Made by a program: the position numbers and the translations under genes | Part shown: positions 24,175 through 37,479 of the stretch, one piece after another | Position numbering within the stretch: the stretch's first letter is position 1 | Layout: the number at the start of each line of letters is the position of its first letter | The notes under the pieces: generated by a model | The model's database searches: none | The model's input: only the letters and a program-made list of their open reading frames with translations | What the model was told of the DNA's origin: nothing | Assembly (NCBI GenBank): GCA_030390025.1 | Contig: CM059432.1 | Location: 11,966,001-12,030,000, forward strand | DNA length: 64,000 bases | Direction of reading: 5' to 3' | Source: Squalus acanthias | Lineage: Eukaryota

Positions 24175-25010
24175 TATTGACGAGGATGTTGCCAGGACTG
24201 GAGAATTTTAGCTATGAGGAAAGATTGGATAGGCTGGGGTTGTATTCCTTGGAACAGAGGAGGCTGAGGGGAGATTTAATTGAGGTGTATAAAATTATGA
24301 GGGGACTAGATAGAGTGGATAGGAAGGACCTATTTCCCTTAGCAGAGAGGTCAATAACCAGGTGGCACAGATTTAAAGTAATTGGTAGAAGATTAGAGGG
24401 GAGTTGAGGAGAACCTTTTTTCACCCAGAGGGTGGTGGCGGTCTGGAACTCACTGCCTGAAAGGATGGTAGAGGCAGAGACCCTCGTCACATTTAAGTAG
24501 TATTTGGTTATGCACTTGAAGTGCTGTAACCTACAGGGCTACGGACCAAGTGCTGGAAAGTGGGATTAGGCTGGTTGGCTCTTTTTCGGCCGGCACAGAC
24601 ACAATGGGCCAAACGGCCTCCTTCTGTACCGTAAATTTCTATAATTTCTCTGATTCTATGAAAGCTTGTACACTTAAAAAAAAGAGATCCTACTTATTTC
24701 ACTTTTGCAGTAACTTACAATTACATAAATAAGTAAACAGCTAATATTTTGCAGGCTTTCGGTCTGTCTCATCTGACCCTACCAAAGGGGCCTGAGCTCT
24801 ATCTCTTCTACATCCCCTTTCGGATTGACCAAATTCTGAGTGCAAGAACTGAGATCGATCTTTTTTTGGACACTAATGGAACCAAGGAATATGGGAATAG
24901 GGCGGGAAAATGGAGTTGAGGTCGAAGATCAGATATGATCTTATTGAATGGCGGAGCAGGCTCGAGGGGCCGAATGGCCTCTTCCCGCTCCTATTTCTCA
25001 TGTTCTTATG
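24175..25010 (+). mobile_element. Two CR1-type 3' fragments (24175-24660, 24875-25010)
   Basis: TRMLPGLENFSYEERLDRLGL...RRLRGDLIEVYK and CR1 3' UTR. Confidence 0.8.
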
Positions 25011-25579
25011 GGCCAGGAGTGCTCTGCTAGGCCTCACAAGGAAAGTGAAAGTTTCCTCTGCCCATGACTCCTCCCCACCACCACCACCCCCCCCCCCAAA
25101 CAGGTACCGCAAGGCGCCCCCCCCCACCCCCGAACCGCAGTCCCCACACGTACCTGAGTGCTGGCAGGTGGCCAAGGGCCGCCTGAATTCCTGCAGTTCG
25201 GCAGCCGCTTCCCGCCCGCTCCAAGTGGGAAGTTGGCCAGCGGCCTGTGAATGAGGTCCGTGTGGTTAAAATTGCTGTGGCCTCATTCTGCCGCGGGCGG
25301 GTGGGAATCTCGCGGAAACCAGCGGGTTCCTGCCGGAAATCCGCCGGCAGTTAAAATCCCCTTTGTGTACTTTTCACTACATTCGATCACCACCAAAGAG
25401 TTTTTCAGGATGGAGCTCCTCCTCACTCACATTTTAATAAATATATGTGGGCTATTTGCCCGAGACTGTGAGCACATGGTAGGGAGTGAGGTTTATGGAA
25501 ATAAGGATAGGTAAAGACTGAGATAGTCAAATGATCTATGGGACACAATAAGAATAGTGCGGTGTGAGGTAGTTTTTTT

Positions 25580-26025
25580 TAATTCATTCATGGGATCTGG
25601 GCGTCGCTGGTAAGGCCAGCATTTATTGCCCATCCCGAATTGACCTTGAGAAGGCGGTGGTGAGCCGCCTTCTTGAACCGCTGCAGTCCGTGTGGTGAAG
25701 GTGCTCCCACAGTGCTGTTAGAGAGGGAGTTCCAGAATTTTGATCCAAAGACGATGAAGGAACGGCGATATATTTCTAAGTCAGGATGGTGTGTGACTTG
25801 GAGGGGAACTTGGAGGTGATGGTGTTCCCATGCGTCTGCTGCCCTTGTCCTTCTAGGTGGTAAAGGTCGCGGGTTTGGGAGGTGCTGCTGAAGAAGCCTT
25901 GGCGAGTTGCTGTAGTGCATCTTGTAGATGGTACACACTGCAGCCACGGTGTGCCGGTGGTGGAGGGAGTGAATGTTTAAGGTGGTGGATGGGGTGCCAA
26001 TCAAGCGGGCTGCTTTGTCCTGGAT
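25580..26025 (-). mobile_element. Second CR1-group LINE 3' fragment
   Basis: Near-identical to 23520-23965. Confidence 0.8.
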
Positions 26026-26819
26026 GAGTGAACATTTTAAATTTCGCCTGATAACCTTTGAGAATCAGGGAGCACTTGTGCAGAATTTTCTCTCCAGTGA
26101 CTCCCACTCAATGATGGGCAGATTGTGCATGCTTTGTGCAAGGAGTGGGCTTGATGGACCGAACTATGTTTCGTTGCTCCATAGTTTCTTACATTTTTAC
26201 TCAAGTTTTCCTTTTTTTTCCCCATTTTGAAGGATCTTTTTCTTGCTTCTGGTCTCTTGAGAACGGAATGGCACACACAAACCGATAACAAAAATCATCA
26301 CCTCTGCCATCAGTAGACTTCAATCCTCAGCACTGGGATGTGAAGATTCAATCATACTACAAATGGAAGGGGAGAAAAATCTGTATTTCTGCTCCAATTT
26401 AATATAGACTTATTACTAAATTTGTGAGACAAATTAGTGCAAAAAAGGTCCCACTATTTTCAGAGTGAATATTGACACCACTGTGTCAGCCAATGTGTTA
26501 GAGGTGGGGTAGAACTTATGGCAGGACTCACAGCAAACAGTCTACTTCACAGCAAACAGAGTGTATTTACTCAGCAAACAGAGTCTATTTAAAACAGCGC
26601 ACTACAGCAAACAGTCTACAGAGTCTATTTAAAAGGAGTCTGTACAAACTGCTGCAAACAGAACTCATGACCGAAACTGCAGCAACTTCTCCCAATAAAA
26701 GCAGGATTATTTCTCCAGCACAATGCAGTGAGTGGAGGAGAGTTACATACAAATGATTTGCGTAAAATCAATCCTAGTCACTTACAGCAGTGCGGTCTTC
26801 AGGCGTGATTGACGGGGGA

Positions 26820-27330
26820 ATTGCCTTAGAGGGAGGTGCAACAAAGGTTCACTAGATTGATTCCTGGGATGGGGGGATTGTCCTCTGTGGAGAGATTGAG
26901 TAGACTAGGCCTATATTCCCTAGAGATTAGAAGAATGAGAGGTGATCTCATTGAAACATATAAAGGTCTTAAGGTTGCTTGACAGGGTAGATCCTGAGAG
27001 ACTGTTCCTCCCGGCTGGAGAGTCCAGAACTAGGGGTCACAGTCTCAGAATAAGGGATTGGCCATTGAGGACTGAGATGAGGAGAAATTTCTTCACTTAG
27101 AGGGTGGTGAATCTTTGGAATTCTCTACCCCAGAGGGCTGTGGATGCTCAGTTGTTGAGTATATTCAAGACAGAGATCGATAGATTTTTGGATACTAAGG
27201 GAATCAAGGGATATGGGGATCGGGCGGGAATGTGGAGTTGAGGTAGAAGATCAGCCATGATCTTATTGAATGGTGGAGCAGGCAAGAGGGCTGAATGGTC
27301 TACTCCTGCTCCTATTTCTTGTGTTCTTAT
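26820..27330 (+). mobile_element. CR1-type LINE 3' fragment
   Basis: agaagaatgagaggtgatctcattgaaaca...gaggagaaatttcttcac followed by the 3' UTR. Confidence 0.85.
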
Positions 27331-28083
27331 GAATTACCCAATCATCTACATTCTGACGGGTAATAGTGCTGTCACTCTAAGCAGCCCACTGTTTTCTCCT
27401 TAAAATAGAGTGTAAGGTTGAATAATTTTCCATGTCCATAATCACGACACTATTGGGTTACCCTTCTTAAATGTTATTTTTCTCATCATTAGTTCCTCTC
27501 AAACCAAATGGAGTTTCCAGAGTGAATGGTCAGACCTGTCAATCCTATTGTTGAACTCGGTGCCAGGAGGGGGATGAGTGTAGGACAGAGTCACTTGTCC
27601 TCGATTTTCCCTTTATTGCTGTGGTGAAGCGTTTCCCCTTCTGGCCTAACTGAGATTGGGAAACTAACCATTTGGGGAATCCTGTGCCCGGAAGCACATC
27701 CTACTATTCCACGGTGAAATCACTGGAGCTCCCTATTCGATCATTCTCTTTGAACGGTGCCTATGTTATATTTAATATATAACAGTGTCAGCTGTGGCTC
27801 AGTGGGTAGCACACTTGCCTCTGAGTCAGAAGGTTTGTGGTTCAATTCCCATTCCAGGGTCTTGAGCACATAAATCCAGGCTGACACTCCAGTGCAGTAC
27901 TGAGGGAGCGCTGCACTGTCGGAGGTGCCGTCTTTCGGATGAAACGTTAAACCGAGGCCCCGTCTGCTCTCTCAGGTGGACATAAAAGATCCCATGGCCA
28001 CTATTTTGAAGAAGAGTTGGGGGAGTTATCCCCGGTGTCCTGGACAATATTTATCCCTCAACCAATATAACAAAAACAGATTA

Positions 28084-28380
28084 CAAAAAGAAAATACTGC
28101 AGATGCTGGAAATCTGAAATAAAAACAGAAAATGCTGGAGATACTCAGTAGGTCAGGCAGCATCTGTGGAGAGAGAAACAGAGTTAACGTTTCAGGTCGA
28201 TGACCTTTCGTCAGAACTGGAAAAATGCAGGAAATGGAACAGATTTTTAAGCAAGTGTAGGAGCTGGGAAAGGGGGGAGGGGATGAAAGAACAAAAGGGA
28301 AGGTCTGTGATAGGATAGAAGGCAGGAGAGGTTAAGAGATATTAAGAGATATTCAAGGCAAAAGGAGATGGTAATGGGAC
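28084..28380 (-). mobile_element. Penelope-like element terminal fragment with hammerhead motif
   Basis: Same family as 45905 and 61231; minus-strand CTGACGA-A-AGGTC-ATC-GACCT-GAAACGTT. Confidence 0.7.
28182..28218 (-). ncRNA. Minimal type I hammerhead ribozyme-like motif
   Basis: AGUU-CUGACGA-A-AGGUC-AUC-GACCU-GAAACGUU-AACU: core CUGAnGA/GAAA, 5-bp stem II, palindromic stem III remnant, 4-bp stem I. Confidence 0.65.
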
Positions 28381-28973
28381 CTACTGAGCCGTAATAACTA
28401 GGAAAGCTGCAGGTTCAATTTCCAGTTAGTGATGAGTTAGCTGCTCTAGGTCAGTGTCCATGGGTGAGAGAGGGGACAGTCAAACAGATTATCTGGTCAT
28501 TATCACATTGCTGTTTGTGGGAGCTTGCTGTGTGCAAATTGGCTGCCGCGTTTCCCACATTACAGCAGTGACTACACTTCAAAAATATTTCATTGGCTGT
28601 AAAGCACTTTGGGACGTCCGGTGGTCGTGAAAGGCGCTGTATAAATGCAAGTCTTTCTTTAATATGGTTACAGTATGTAATTGTGAATATTTTATACTAG
28701 GACAGAGGCAAGGAAGGGGGCCTAAGGAAACACCTCTTATTAGGGCTCGCTTTTAGCACAGTGGATTTATGCACTGTCCTTCTGAGCCGTAATAACTAGG
28801 AAAGCTGCAGGTTCAATTTCCAGTTAGTGGTGAGTTAGCTGCTCTAGGTCAGTGTCCATGGGTGAGCGAGGGGACAGTCAAACTGGCTTCTTACTGCTCA
28901 TTACTATCCAGAAATTCCTGCTGTAAGTGTGAACAGATAGTGGTAACAGGCTTGACTGTGATGACTTTCACTC

Positions 28974-29411
28974 GGCCCTGATTTTAACTCCAGGTGGATT
29001 CCCCGCTCAGGCCCGGGGTAAAATTACAGTCGGGTCTCAATGATGTAATCGGGCCGCAACATGCATATGCAAAGAAGGACCCTGTTGTCTCCAGGCACGT
29101 GTTCTTACTGCCTGCTCAGGAGAGCAGGTTAAAATTGCAGATGTTGCGATCGTGTCGGCTTTTGTGATCATGGAGTCATTGAATATATTCAAGGCGGAGA
29201 TAGACAGATATTTGAGCTACAGGTGAGTCAAGGGCGGGAAAGTGGAGTTGAGGCCAAGATCAGATCAGCCATGATCTTATTGAATGGCGGAGCAGGCTCG
29301 AGGGGCCAAATGGCCTACTCCTCATGTTCTTTCGGACAGGTAAGAGCCAGGGCGATCTTAACTGCCCACCAGCCAGGTTTCTGCTGAGCCAGTAGGGTTA
29401 AAATTGCCCCC
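28974..29411. mobile_element. Probable Harbinger-type MITE interrupted by a CR1 3' end (29170-29330)
   Basis: ggccctgattttaac / gttaaaattgccccc imperfect termini; TSD unclear. Confidence 0.5.
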
Positions 29412-29689
29412 TGTTCAGGCACATACACAAAGAATGGCCTCTTGGGTGAGTTGCTGCAGGCTTGCACCCCCTGCATGAGTTAATGCTCACAAGGGGAGAA
29501 AGATTCATCATATTTTAGTGAGTCCCAGGTACCTCAAAGATCACCATCAGATAGTTTAAATTTGTGGGCTGCTATTAATGAAGTGTCAACTACACTGAAG
29601 ATTAATGTTTGCTTGCTGACCAATCCTATTGCTAGAATGTTGATAATTACTCACTAATATAGTCACATCCTGTGTGTAATGTGGGTATT

Positions 29690-30135
29690 AGAAAGACTTG
29701 CATTCATATAGCGCCTTTCACAACCACCGGATGTCCCACAGCACTTTACAGTCAATTAAGTGCTTTTTTGAAGTGTGGTCACTGTTGTAATGTAGGAAGT
29801 GAGGCAGCCAATTTGCACACAGCAAGCAATGTGATAATGGCCAGATAATCTGTTTTTTTTTAGTGATGTTGATTGAGGGATAAATATTGTCCAGGACACC
29901 GGGGATAACTCCCCTGCTCTTCTTCGAAATAGTGCCATGGGATCTTTGAGAGCAGACGGGCCCTCGGTTTAACGTCTCATCCGAAAGACGGCACCTCTGA
30001 CAGCGCAGCGCTCCCTCGGTACTGCACTGGGAGTGTCAGCCTAGATTTTTGTGCTCAAGTCTCTGGAGTGGGACTTGAACCCACAACCTTCTGACTCAGA
30101 GGCGAGGGTGCTACCAACTGAGCCACGGCTGACAC
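29690..30135 (-). mobile_element. Deu-domain tRNA SINE
   Basis: Reverse complement of the family; the only minus-strand copy seen. Confidence 0.85.
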
Positions 30136-30559
30136 TTAAAACTTGATGAGTTTACCGAGACCCTTTAAGTGCTCACAATCGAAACAACTGAGACTCGAAG
30201 GAACTGTCCGAGGTTTTAAGATAGTTTCCTGCCAACTTTACTTTAGCCAATTAGAAAAAGCTCTGTTCCAAGTGCAGACTAGACTGGACATGTACCGAGC
30301 AGCACTATTTCTGACGCAATGTCTCACGAATGCTAGGAATGTAGAAGGTCAGTGAGACACACAGCTCCCTCATCCTGCTGTCTGCCTACATTGAGCACTG
30401 TGCGTTCTGTGGGCCATTTGTTGTGCTCTATAATTGGATTTGAAGCTGGAGGCTAGCTGATCACAGTACACATCTTGGACACAGCAGAACGATTTGCATT
30501 ATTTTGTGTTATCGTATTGAATTACTGATGCCAAATCCTGGCAAGATATCGGTGCCATG

Positions 30560-30848
30560 AATTACAGATTTAAGGTAATTGGCAAAAGAACCAGAGGGGG
30601 AGATGAGGGAAAAAAAAATTATGCAGCGAGTTATGATGATCTGGAATGCGCTGCCTGAAAGGGCGGTGGAAGCAGATTCAATAGTAACTTTCAAAAGAGA
30701 ATTGAATAAATACTTAGAGGAGAAATTTGCAGGGCTATGGGGCAAGAGCAGGGGGAGTGGGACTAAATTGGACAGCTCTTTCAAAGAGCCGGCACAGGCA
30801 CGATGGGCTGAATGGCCTCCTCCTGTGCTGTAAGATTCTACGATTCAA
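30560..30848 (+). mobile_element. CR1-type LINE 3' fragment
   Basis: QRVMMIWNALPERAVEADSIVTFKRELNKYL. Confidence 0.8.
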
Positions 30849-31159
30849 TGGCAAAATACCATGTTCTAGCTGGCTCTTCAACTATACATGAACAGGATGT
30901 TTACAGCCTTGTCATTTTATGGAGAAACGTAACACAACTTGGTGTACAATATTTTTGACAACTATTTCAAGCTCTTTGTGGTCACTAAACGGAACAACAC
31001 ATCACGCCTATTTACCTCTCTTCATCCACTCTGCTTAGATGAAATTATTCAAGAATTCTAATCGTTTTCAATGCCACACAAGATATTTCCATATTAAATA
31101 TTTTTTAAATTCTTACCATACACGAGACTTGTTTTGGTTTTAATTTTTTTTAATTATTT

Positions 31160-31780
31160 TTTTAATTCATTTTTATGGGATCTGGGCGTCGCTGGCAAGG
31201 CCAGCATTTATTGCCCATCCCTAATTGCCCTTGAGAAGGTGGTGCTGAGCTGCCTTCTTGAACCGCTGCAGTCCGTGCGGTGAAGGTGCTCCCACAGTGC
31301 TGTTAGGGAGCGAGTTCCAGGATTTTGACCCAGCGACGGTGAAGGATCGGCGATATACTGCCAAGTCAGGATGGTGTGTGACTTGGAGGGGAACTTGGAG
31401 GTGGTGGTGTTCCCATGAGTCTGCTGTCCTTGTCCTTCTAGGTGGAAGTGGTCGCTGGTTTGGGAGGTGCTGCCGAAGAAACCTTGGCGAGTTGCTGCAG
31501 TGCATCTTGTAGATGGTACACACTGCAGCCACGGTACGCCAGTGGTGGAGGGTGTGAATGTTTAAGGTGGTGGATGGGGTGCCAATCAAGCGGGCTGCTT
31601 TGTCCTGGATGGTGTCGAGCTTCTTGAGTGTTGTTGGAGCTGCACTCATCCAGGCAAGTGGAGAGTATTCCATCACACTCCTTACTTGTGCCTTGTAGAT
31701 GGTGGAAAGGCTTTGGGGAGTCAGGAGGTGAGACACTCGCCGCAGAATACCCAGCCTCTGACCTGCTCTTGTTGTCACAG
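31160..31780 (-). mobile_element. Second CR1-group LINE 3' fragment
   Basis: ORF 31221-31805 is near-identical to 23566-24135. Confidence 0.8.
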
Positions 31781-31947
31781 TATTTATATCACTCCGACAA
31801 TCCAATATTTTTTACAATCCTCTCCATCAATTTGGAGCATGAGCACCAGGTACATTAGAAAATTAGCTCTAGCAACAATCGTACTGAAGTTCTGATTGAC
31901 TTTGGAAAACTGTGCCCTCGTCGAAACTGATGTGTAGCAATAATCTT

Positions 31948-32310
31948 TTTATTCATTCACGGGATGTGGGCATCACTGGCAAAGCCAGCATTTATTGCCC
32001 ATCCCTAATTGCCCTTGAGAAGGTGGTGGTGAGCCACCTGAGTGTCTTGCTGGGCCATTTTCAGAGGGCAGTTAAGAGTCAACCAACATTACTGTGGGTC
32101 TGGAGTCACATATCGGCCGGACCGGGTAAGGACGGCAGACTAATGTCCTGTTAGGGATTTTACGACAATCTGGTAGTTATTACTGATACTAGCTTTTTAT
32201 TCCAGATTTATTTAATTAACTGAATTGCCAATTCCCCAGCTGCCGTGGTGGGATTTGGCCTCTGGATTAACTAGTCCAGTAAAATAAACCCACACACTGC
32301 CACCGTTCCT
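31948..32310 (-). mobile_element. SINE family 2 (tail shared with the second CR1-group LINE)
   Basis: Match to 37985-38408. Confidence 0.7.
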
Positions 32311-33302
32311 GCAATCGCCGACATTAACACTTCATGCTGATACCTGGGCAGGCTTGGGACTCAAACAAACAAACCGAGAAATCAACTTTCTGCTTCTAAC
32401 GTCTCTAAAGCACCAGAAGTTTGTCAAAATGTCTTTTCCGTTCAGTGATGCTGGCATCTGCGTTCTGACTGGCAGCACTGGAAGGGGAAAACATACTTCA
32501 GCTGCTTCCTTGGATGAAGTTGGTCGGATAGAATTAGTTAACATGCTCATTTTTTTTGGCAAGTTTATTTTGAGGTAGAAGGAATGTAATGATCACTAAA
32601 AGCATAAACCTTAGAGAAGAATGAACTTACGCCGCAATTGAACAGAATACACACAAACTGCGGTCGAGGAGTCCGCAGGGCTCAAGTCCAGGACAAGTCA
32701 AATCAGCTTGTTGTCCCAGCTCCTTATAGCGCTGACCCCATAGCACAACATGCTCCCAATTTGGTCCCAATTATGGGGATAATTTTGACTTTGTGCAGTC
32801 GTGTAAAACGGCCCATAACGAATTGGCAGCCCATTTTCCTGCTCTCCCGATCAGATCGTGTTAGTGAGGGTACTGCACCAGGTGAAGTCACAGAGCATGA
32901 GGGAGCCAGAGCAGTGGAAAGTGGATGAGGGTATACTACCTTCCCAGTGGACACTCCTGACGTGCTCTGATGCCCTTTGCAGCTGTCACTGAGGAGTCCT
33001 TTTAGATGAAGGTTATCTTGATGCTCTCCTCCGTGTCGTTCTGCCTCCAAAGCAGCTGGGGTCACTTCCCTGGCCGTGCGCAAATCCAGACCTTTTTGGC
33101 AACGTTGTGCACGGCTCAGCAAGCTACAACTATGCATGACGCATAATCTGGACCACACTGCAGGGCGTCCCCTGACCTACCTAGGTAGCAAAAGCATGAC
33201 TTTAAGACATGATAGTCCTCTTGGTGACCACTATTGTAGAGGCATGTGTCTCGTTGTAGCACTCCTCTGCTCATGCCACCTTTGGTGGGGTTCCTATCCA
33301 TG

Positions 33303-33583
33303 CTGGACGTAGAAGATCCCGCGGCACTATTTTGAAGAAGAGCAGGGGAGTTATCCCCGGTGTCCTGGGCCAATATTTATCCCTCAACCAACATCACTAA
33401 AACAGATTATCGGGTCATTATCACATTGCTGTTTGTGGGACCTTGCTGTGCGCAAATTGGCTGCCGTGTTTCCCACATTACAACAGTGACTACACTTCAA
33501 AAAGTATTTCATTGGCTGTAAAGCGCTTTGAGACGTAGGTGGTTGTGAAAGGCGCTATATAAATGCACGTCTTTCTTTCTTTC
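33303..33583 (+). mobile_element. Deu-SINE 3' half
   Basis: tggacgtagaagatccc...ggcgctatataaatgcacgtctttc. Confidence 0.85.
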
Positions 33584-33619
33584 CTATCCATGGGAGATGG
33601 GAGATGGGGATTGGCTTTG

Positions 33620-34190
33620 TCATTCACAAGCCTCTGTTGACGTGATTTTCTTCCCTGAAGGGTTCAAGGAGGGCAACATTTTGAAGGATGAATGCTTTGT
33701 GACAGCAGTTCGGACGTTGGCGTATGGGATCCTTTGCATATTGTCACACACGATCTGTAGATTGAGGCAGTCGAAGCCCTTACTGTTGAGGTAAATGAGA
33801 GGGTTTTCTGTAGGAGCTCGCAGGGCAATGCAGGTGCCGTCGATTGCACCTTGGACCTTGGGAGCACCTGCATCCCCGTGAAACTGGATGGCCCGAACTT
33901 GCTGCTGTATTTCTGTGATGCCAAAGGTGATGAATTCCCCAGCTCTCCTGTAAAGGACATCAGTCACCGGGCCACAAACATGCCCAGAATTCACCCTGGA
34001 CGATATTACAGAGATGCCCTCCTATGCTGCCTGGAATGAGCCTGTGCCATAATAGCCAAGTGTGGTCGTCACAGAGAGAGAGCAGGGCGGACGGGTGGCT
34101 GTGGCTGCAGGTCCTCGTGCAGTAGCTGGCAGAGCTGCCCGATTGCCTGTTTTGCAAAGCGAACACGTCTAATGCACACCTCCTCCTTCA
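33620..34190 (-). pseudogene. Degenerate Harbinger (HARBI1-like) transposase; remnant element probably spans ~32780-35350
   Basis: VTDVLYRRAGEFITF...AGAPKVQGAIDGTCIALRAP...YLNSKGFDCLNLQIVCD. Confidence 0.75.
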
Positions 34191-34194
34191 AGGC

Positions 34195-34958
34195 GTCAGC
34201 CGTGGCTCAGTGAATCAGAAGGTTGTGGGTTCAAGTCCCGCTCCAGAGACTTGAGCACAACATCTCGGCCGACTCTCCAGTGCAGTACCGAGGGAGTCGG
34301 AGGTGCCGTCTTTCGGATGAGACGTTAAATCGAGGCCCCGCCCACTTTCTCGGGTGGACGTAAAAGATCCCACGGCACTATTTCGAAAACCAGCATGGGA
34401 GTTCTCCTGGCCAATATTTATCCTTCATAGAAACATAGAAACATAGAAAAATAGGAGCAGGAGTAGGCCATTCGGCCCTTCGAGCCTGCTCCGCCATTCA
34501 ATATGATCATGGCTGATCCTCTATCTCAATACCATATTCCTGCTCTCTCCCCATACCCCTTGATGCCTTTTGTGTCTAGAAATCTATCTCCTTCTTAAAT
34601 ATATTCAGTGACTTGGCCTCCACAGCCTTCTGTGGTAGAGAATTCCACAGGTTCACCACCCTCTGAGTGAAGAAATTTCTCCTCATCTCAGTCCTAAATG
34701 TCCGACCCCGTATCCTGAGACTGTGACCCCTCGCTCTAGATCCCCCTGCCAGAGGAAACATCCTCCTTGCATCCAGTCTGTCTAGCCCGGTCAGAATTTT
34801 ATACATTATCACATTGCTGTTTGTGGGAGCTTGCTGTGCGCAAATTGGCTGCCGCGTTTCCTACATTGCAACACTTCAAAAGTACTTCATTGGCTGTGAA
34901 GCGCTTTGAGACGTCCTGAGGTCGTGAAAGGCGCTATATAAATGCAAGTCTTTCTTTC
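34195..34958 (+). mobile_element. Deu-SINE with a nested minus-strand CR1 fragment (34425-34804)
   Basis: SINE head to atatttatcc, then CR1 3' end, then the SINE resumes at cattatcacattgctg. Confidence 0.85.
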
Positions 34959-35361
34959 ACGAAGGTCCTCGTGACATTTTGACTGTGTTTTCTATGGGTG
35001 GGGGTGGAGTTAATGTCTGATGGGGCCCAACCTCCTTGAAGGCTGCCAGACTCTCGCTTGCTCCATCCTTTGCCCTCCCTCTTTTCCTCCACGATAATGA
35101 CATACAAGGGTATACCAATAGGCAATGGCATCACTGCTGTTGAGAAACCCTCACCCTCTGGGTGGTGAGAAAATCTCCGAGTGGTCTCTTACTGACAGAA
35201 GCAGTGAGAAGCCCCCAGGTCTGTGCAGGCCGAAGGTCATTTTCAGCTACAGGAATCGCTGCTGAAACTTTCCACGCTCTTCACGCTCACAGAACGTCTT
35301 AGCTGCTCCTGATAACAGCTGTGCCTCTTTACCCAACTGACCCCAAGCGCATTGTGAGTGT

Positions 35362-36707
35362 GAAGAAAGGTTCAGCGGGTTGGGCCTATACTCATTGGAG
35401 TTTAGAAGAATGAGAGGGGATCTTATTGAAACATATGGAGGGAGAAATTCGGTATTGCCCCATTTGGGGCGCAATTATCGGCTGGGCGCAAAGTTTAGCG
35501 CCTGGTGCTAATTATCACCTCCGACTGCAAACTTGGCTTCTGTCGCCCCTGGAGGTGATTGGAGCGCTAAATCAGGTGCTACACACCTCTCTTAAGGCGC
35601 TAACGCCGAGGAGCGAGGCGCTACCTCAGAGTGCTGGTGAAGCTCATGTGATGTCAGTCAGCAATGGAACACAGACACACTGGCGCCGGCAATTTCTTAA
35701 AGGGGAGGGTCGATCTTGCTCTCCATCCACGCCCTGCTCATTGCAGCCTTGAATCTCGGCCTGGAGAGACCTGTACATCAAATCTGCTGGAAAGAACAAT
35801 GGAGAGGCCCAGAGAACGAGCTCAGAGTGCAGCCCCCACAGTCTCTTCTAAATCGATGCAAGGAAAGTCAAATCAAAATGAACCTGCAAAGTGCTGCTCA
35901 GTACCCAAAACTCCTTCACACAGCGTTGAATCTCTCCAGAAGTCTCTCTCTCTCTCTCTCTCTCTTTCTGAATGCGTGGTGCAAAAATGTCGCTGACAAA
36001 AAAGGGCAGGAAGCGGTCGCCTTTAAATAGCGCTCCCCCAGTCCCTTCCCGACTGCAAAACGCTCTCCTCAACCTGTCGTTGCTAGCGGCAGGCAGTAAG
36101 GCAGGGGGCGCCACTCAATATCCGGTCCGGGGCGTTGCACGCTTGACTGACATCACGATCTGCGGGCGCAGGAGATCGTGGCGGTAGTGTTTAGCGCCAC
36201 CACAAAATGTCTGGTCAATTTCGCGAGCGGCGCAAGCATCGCCGCGCCCGGGCGCTAGTTGCTTTGCGCCCCATTAGCGCGCTAACGGGAGGCGCAAAGC
36301 AACCGAATTTTTCCCCCATAAGATTCTGAGGGGGTTGGACAAGGTAGATGCAGAGAGGATGTTTCCCCTCGTGGGGGAATCTAGAACTAGGAGGCATAGT
36401 TTCAGAATAAGGGGTCGCCCATTTAAATCGGAAATGAGGAGGAATTTCTTCTCTCAGAGGGTCGTGAATCTTTGGAATTCTCTTCCCCAGAGAGCTGTGG
36501 AGGCTGGGTCATTGAATATATTTAAGGTGGAGATAGACAGATTTTTGAAAGGTAAGGGAGTCAAGGGTTATGGGGAGCGGGCAGGGATGTGGAGTTGAGG
36601 CCAAGATCAGATCAGCCATGATCTTATTGAAAGGCGGAGCAGGCTCGAGGGGCCAAGTGACCTCCTCCTGCTCCTATTTCTTATGTTCTTATGTTCTTAT
36701 GTTCTTA
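35362..36707 (+). mobile_element. CR1 3' fragment split by a MITE (35362-35437 and 36318-36707)
   Basis: ggatcttattgaaacat|ataagattctgagg is continuous across the insertion; (ttcttatg)n tail. Confidence 0.85.
35438..36317. mobile_element. Harbinger-type MITE family A copy 2
   Basis: GAGGGAGAAATTCGGT / ACCGAATTTTTCCCCC termini, TSD ATG/ATA (one mismatch), colinear with 6710-7575. Confidence 0.82.
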
Positions 36708-37479
36708 AAGCAGGAAACTCGGAGCTGAAGGCTCACGGGCCCTCATTATAATACATTTAAATGAGTTCATTCGGGACTCGGTGGGTAGATCACAGGAAAG
36801 GTCAATAAAAAGTATGAAGAGATTCGGGGGTTTGGTGGGGGGGGGGGACCAATTTCGGGACAGAAAACACCTTCTATTTCAATTTTCTGCCAAATGAAAT
36901 TATTTGCTTGATCGCTGAAATGAGCCGGCATCGGCAGGATGGGCCGAGTGGCCTCCTTCTGTGCTGTATGATTCTGTGACGCCAAAAACGCTGGGGCAGT
37001 TGCAGGCCTAGCACTTTATAAGCTCTGCACAGAACAATACTTGAAAGCAGCACTTGCTCATTAGCAGAGCTTAGATTGTAAGGTAAAATCTTAAAGAAGA
37101 ATGAAGATTTGGATTTTAATTTGCACATCCCTAGCTGAAACGTGTATACAGGTAACGCTCCCCATAAATCAACTGGACGTTTATAGAACGGAATAATAAA
37201 TTCCTAACACAACCTCCATAGAGACCTGGAAACACAGGGATTTACAGCACTGGTTCTGTACATCTAGGACAGGATAACCGAGCTTAGTATAAGGCTGTTC
37301 TTTACATTCTCGCTCTCTGCGATTCCCTGCTAATAATCCCTCGAACAGCAACTTGCAGTTATGTAGCACCTTTATGACTTCAGCAGTCAGTGTAATGAAA
37401 ATGGATGCTGAGCCAGGAAGGAAGGGATTAGGAGGGAGAACCAATTTGTGAGTCTTCCATGAGTAATATATAATAATAT

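Larger units (their letters stand above)
27787..28660 (+). mobile_element. Deu-SINE split by a composite insertion (28084-28481)
   Basis: The SINE stops at aaacagatta (28074-83) and resumes at aaacagatta (28482-91). Confidence 0.85.

Noticed and set aside
32332..32760. Possible minus-strand TATA-like motif, gtaagt donor and 76-aa ORF
   Set aside because: No suitably spaced acceptor and no recognisable homology.
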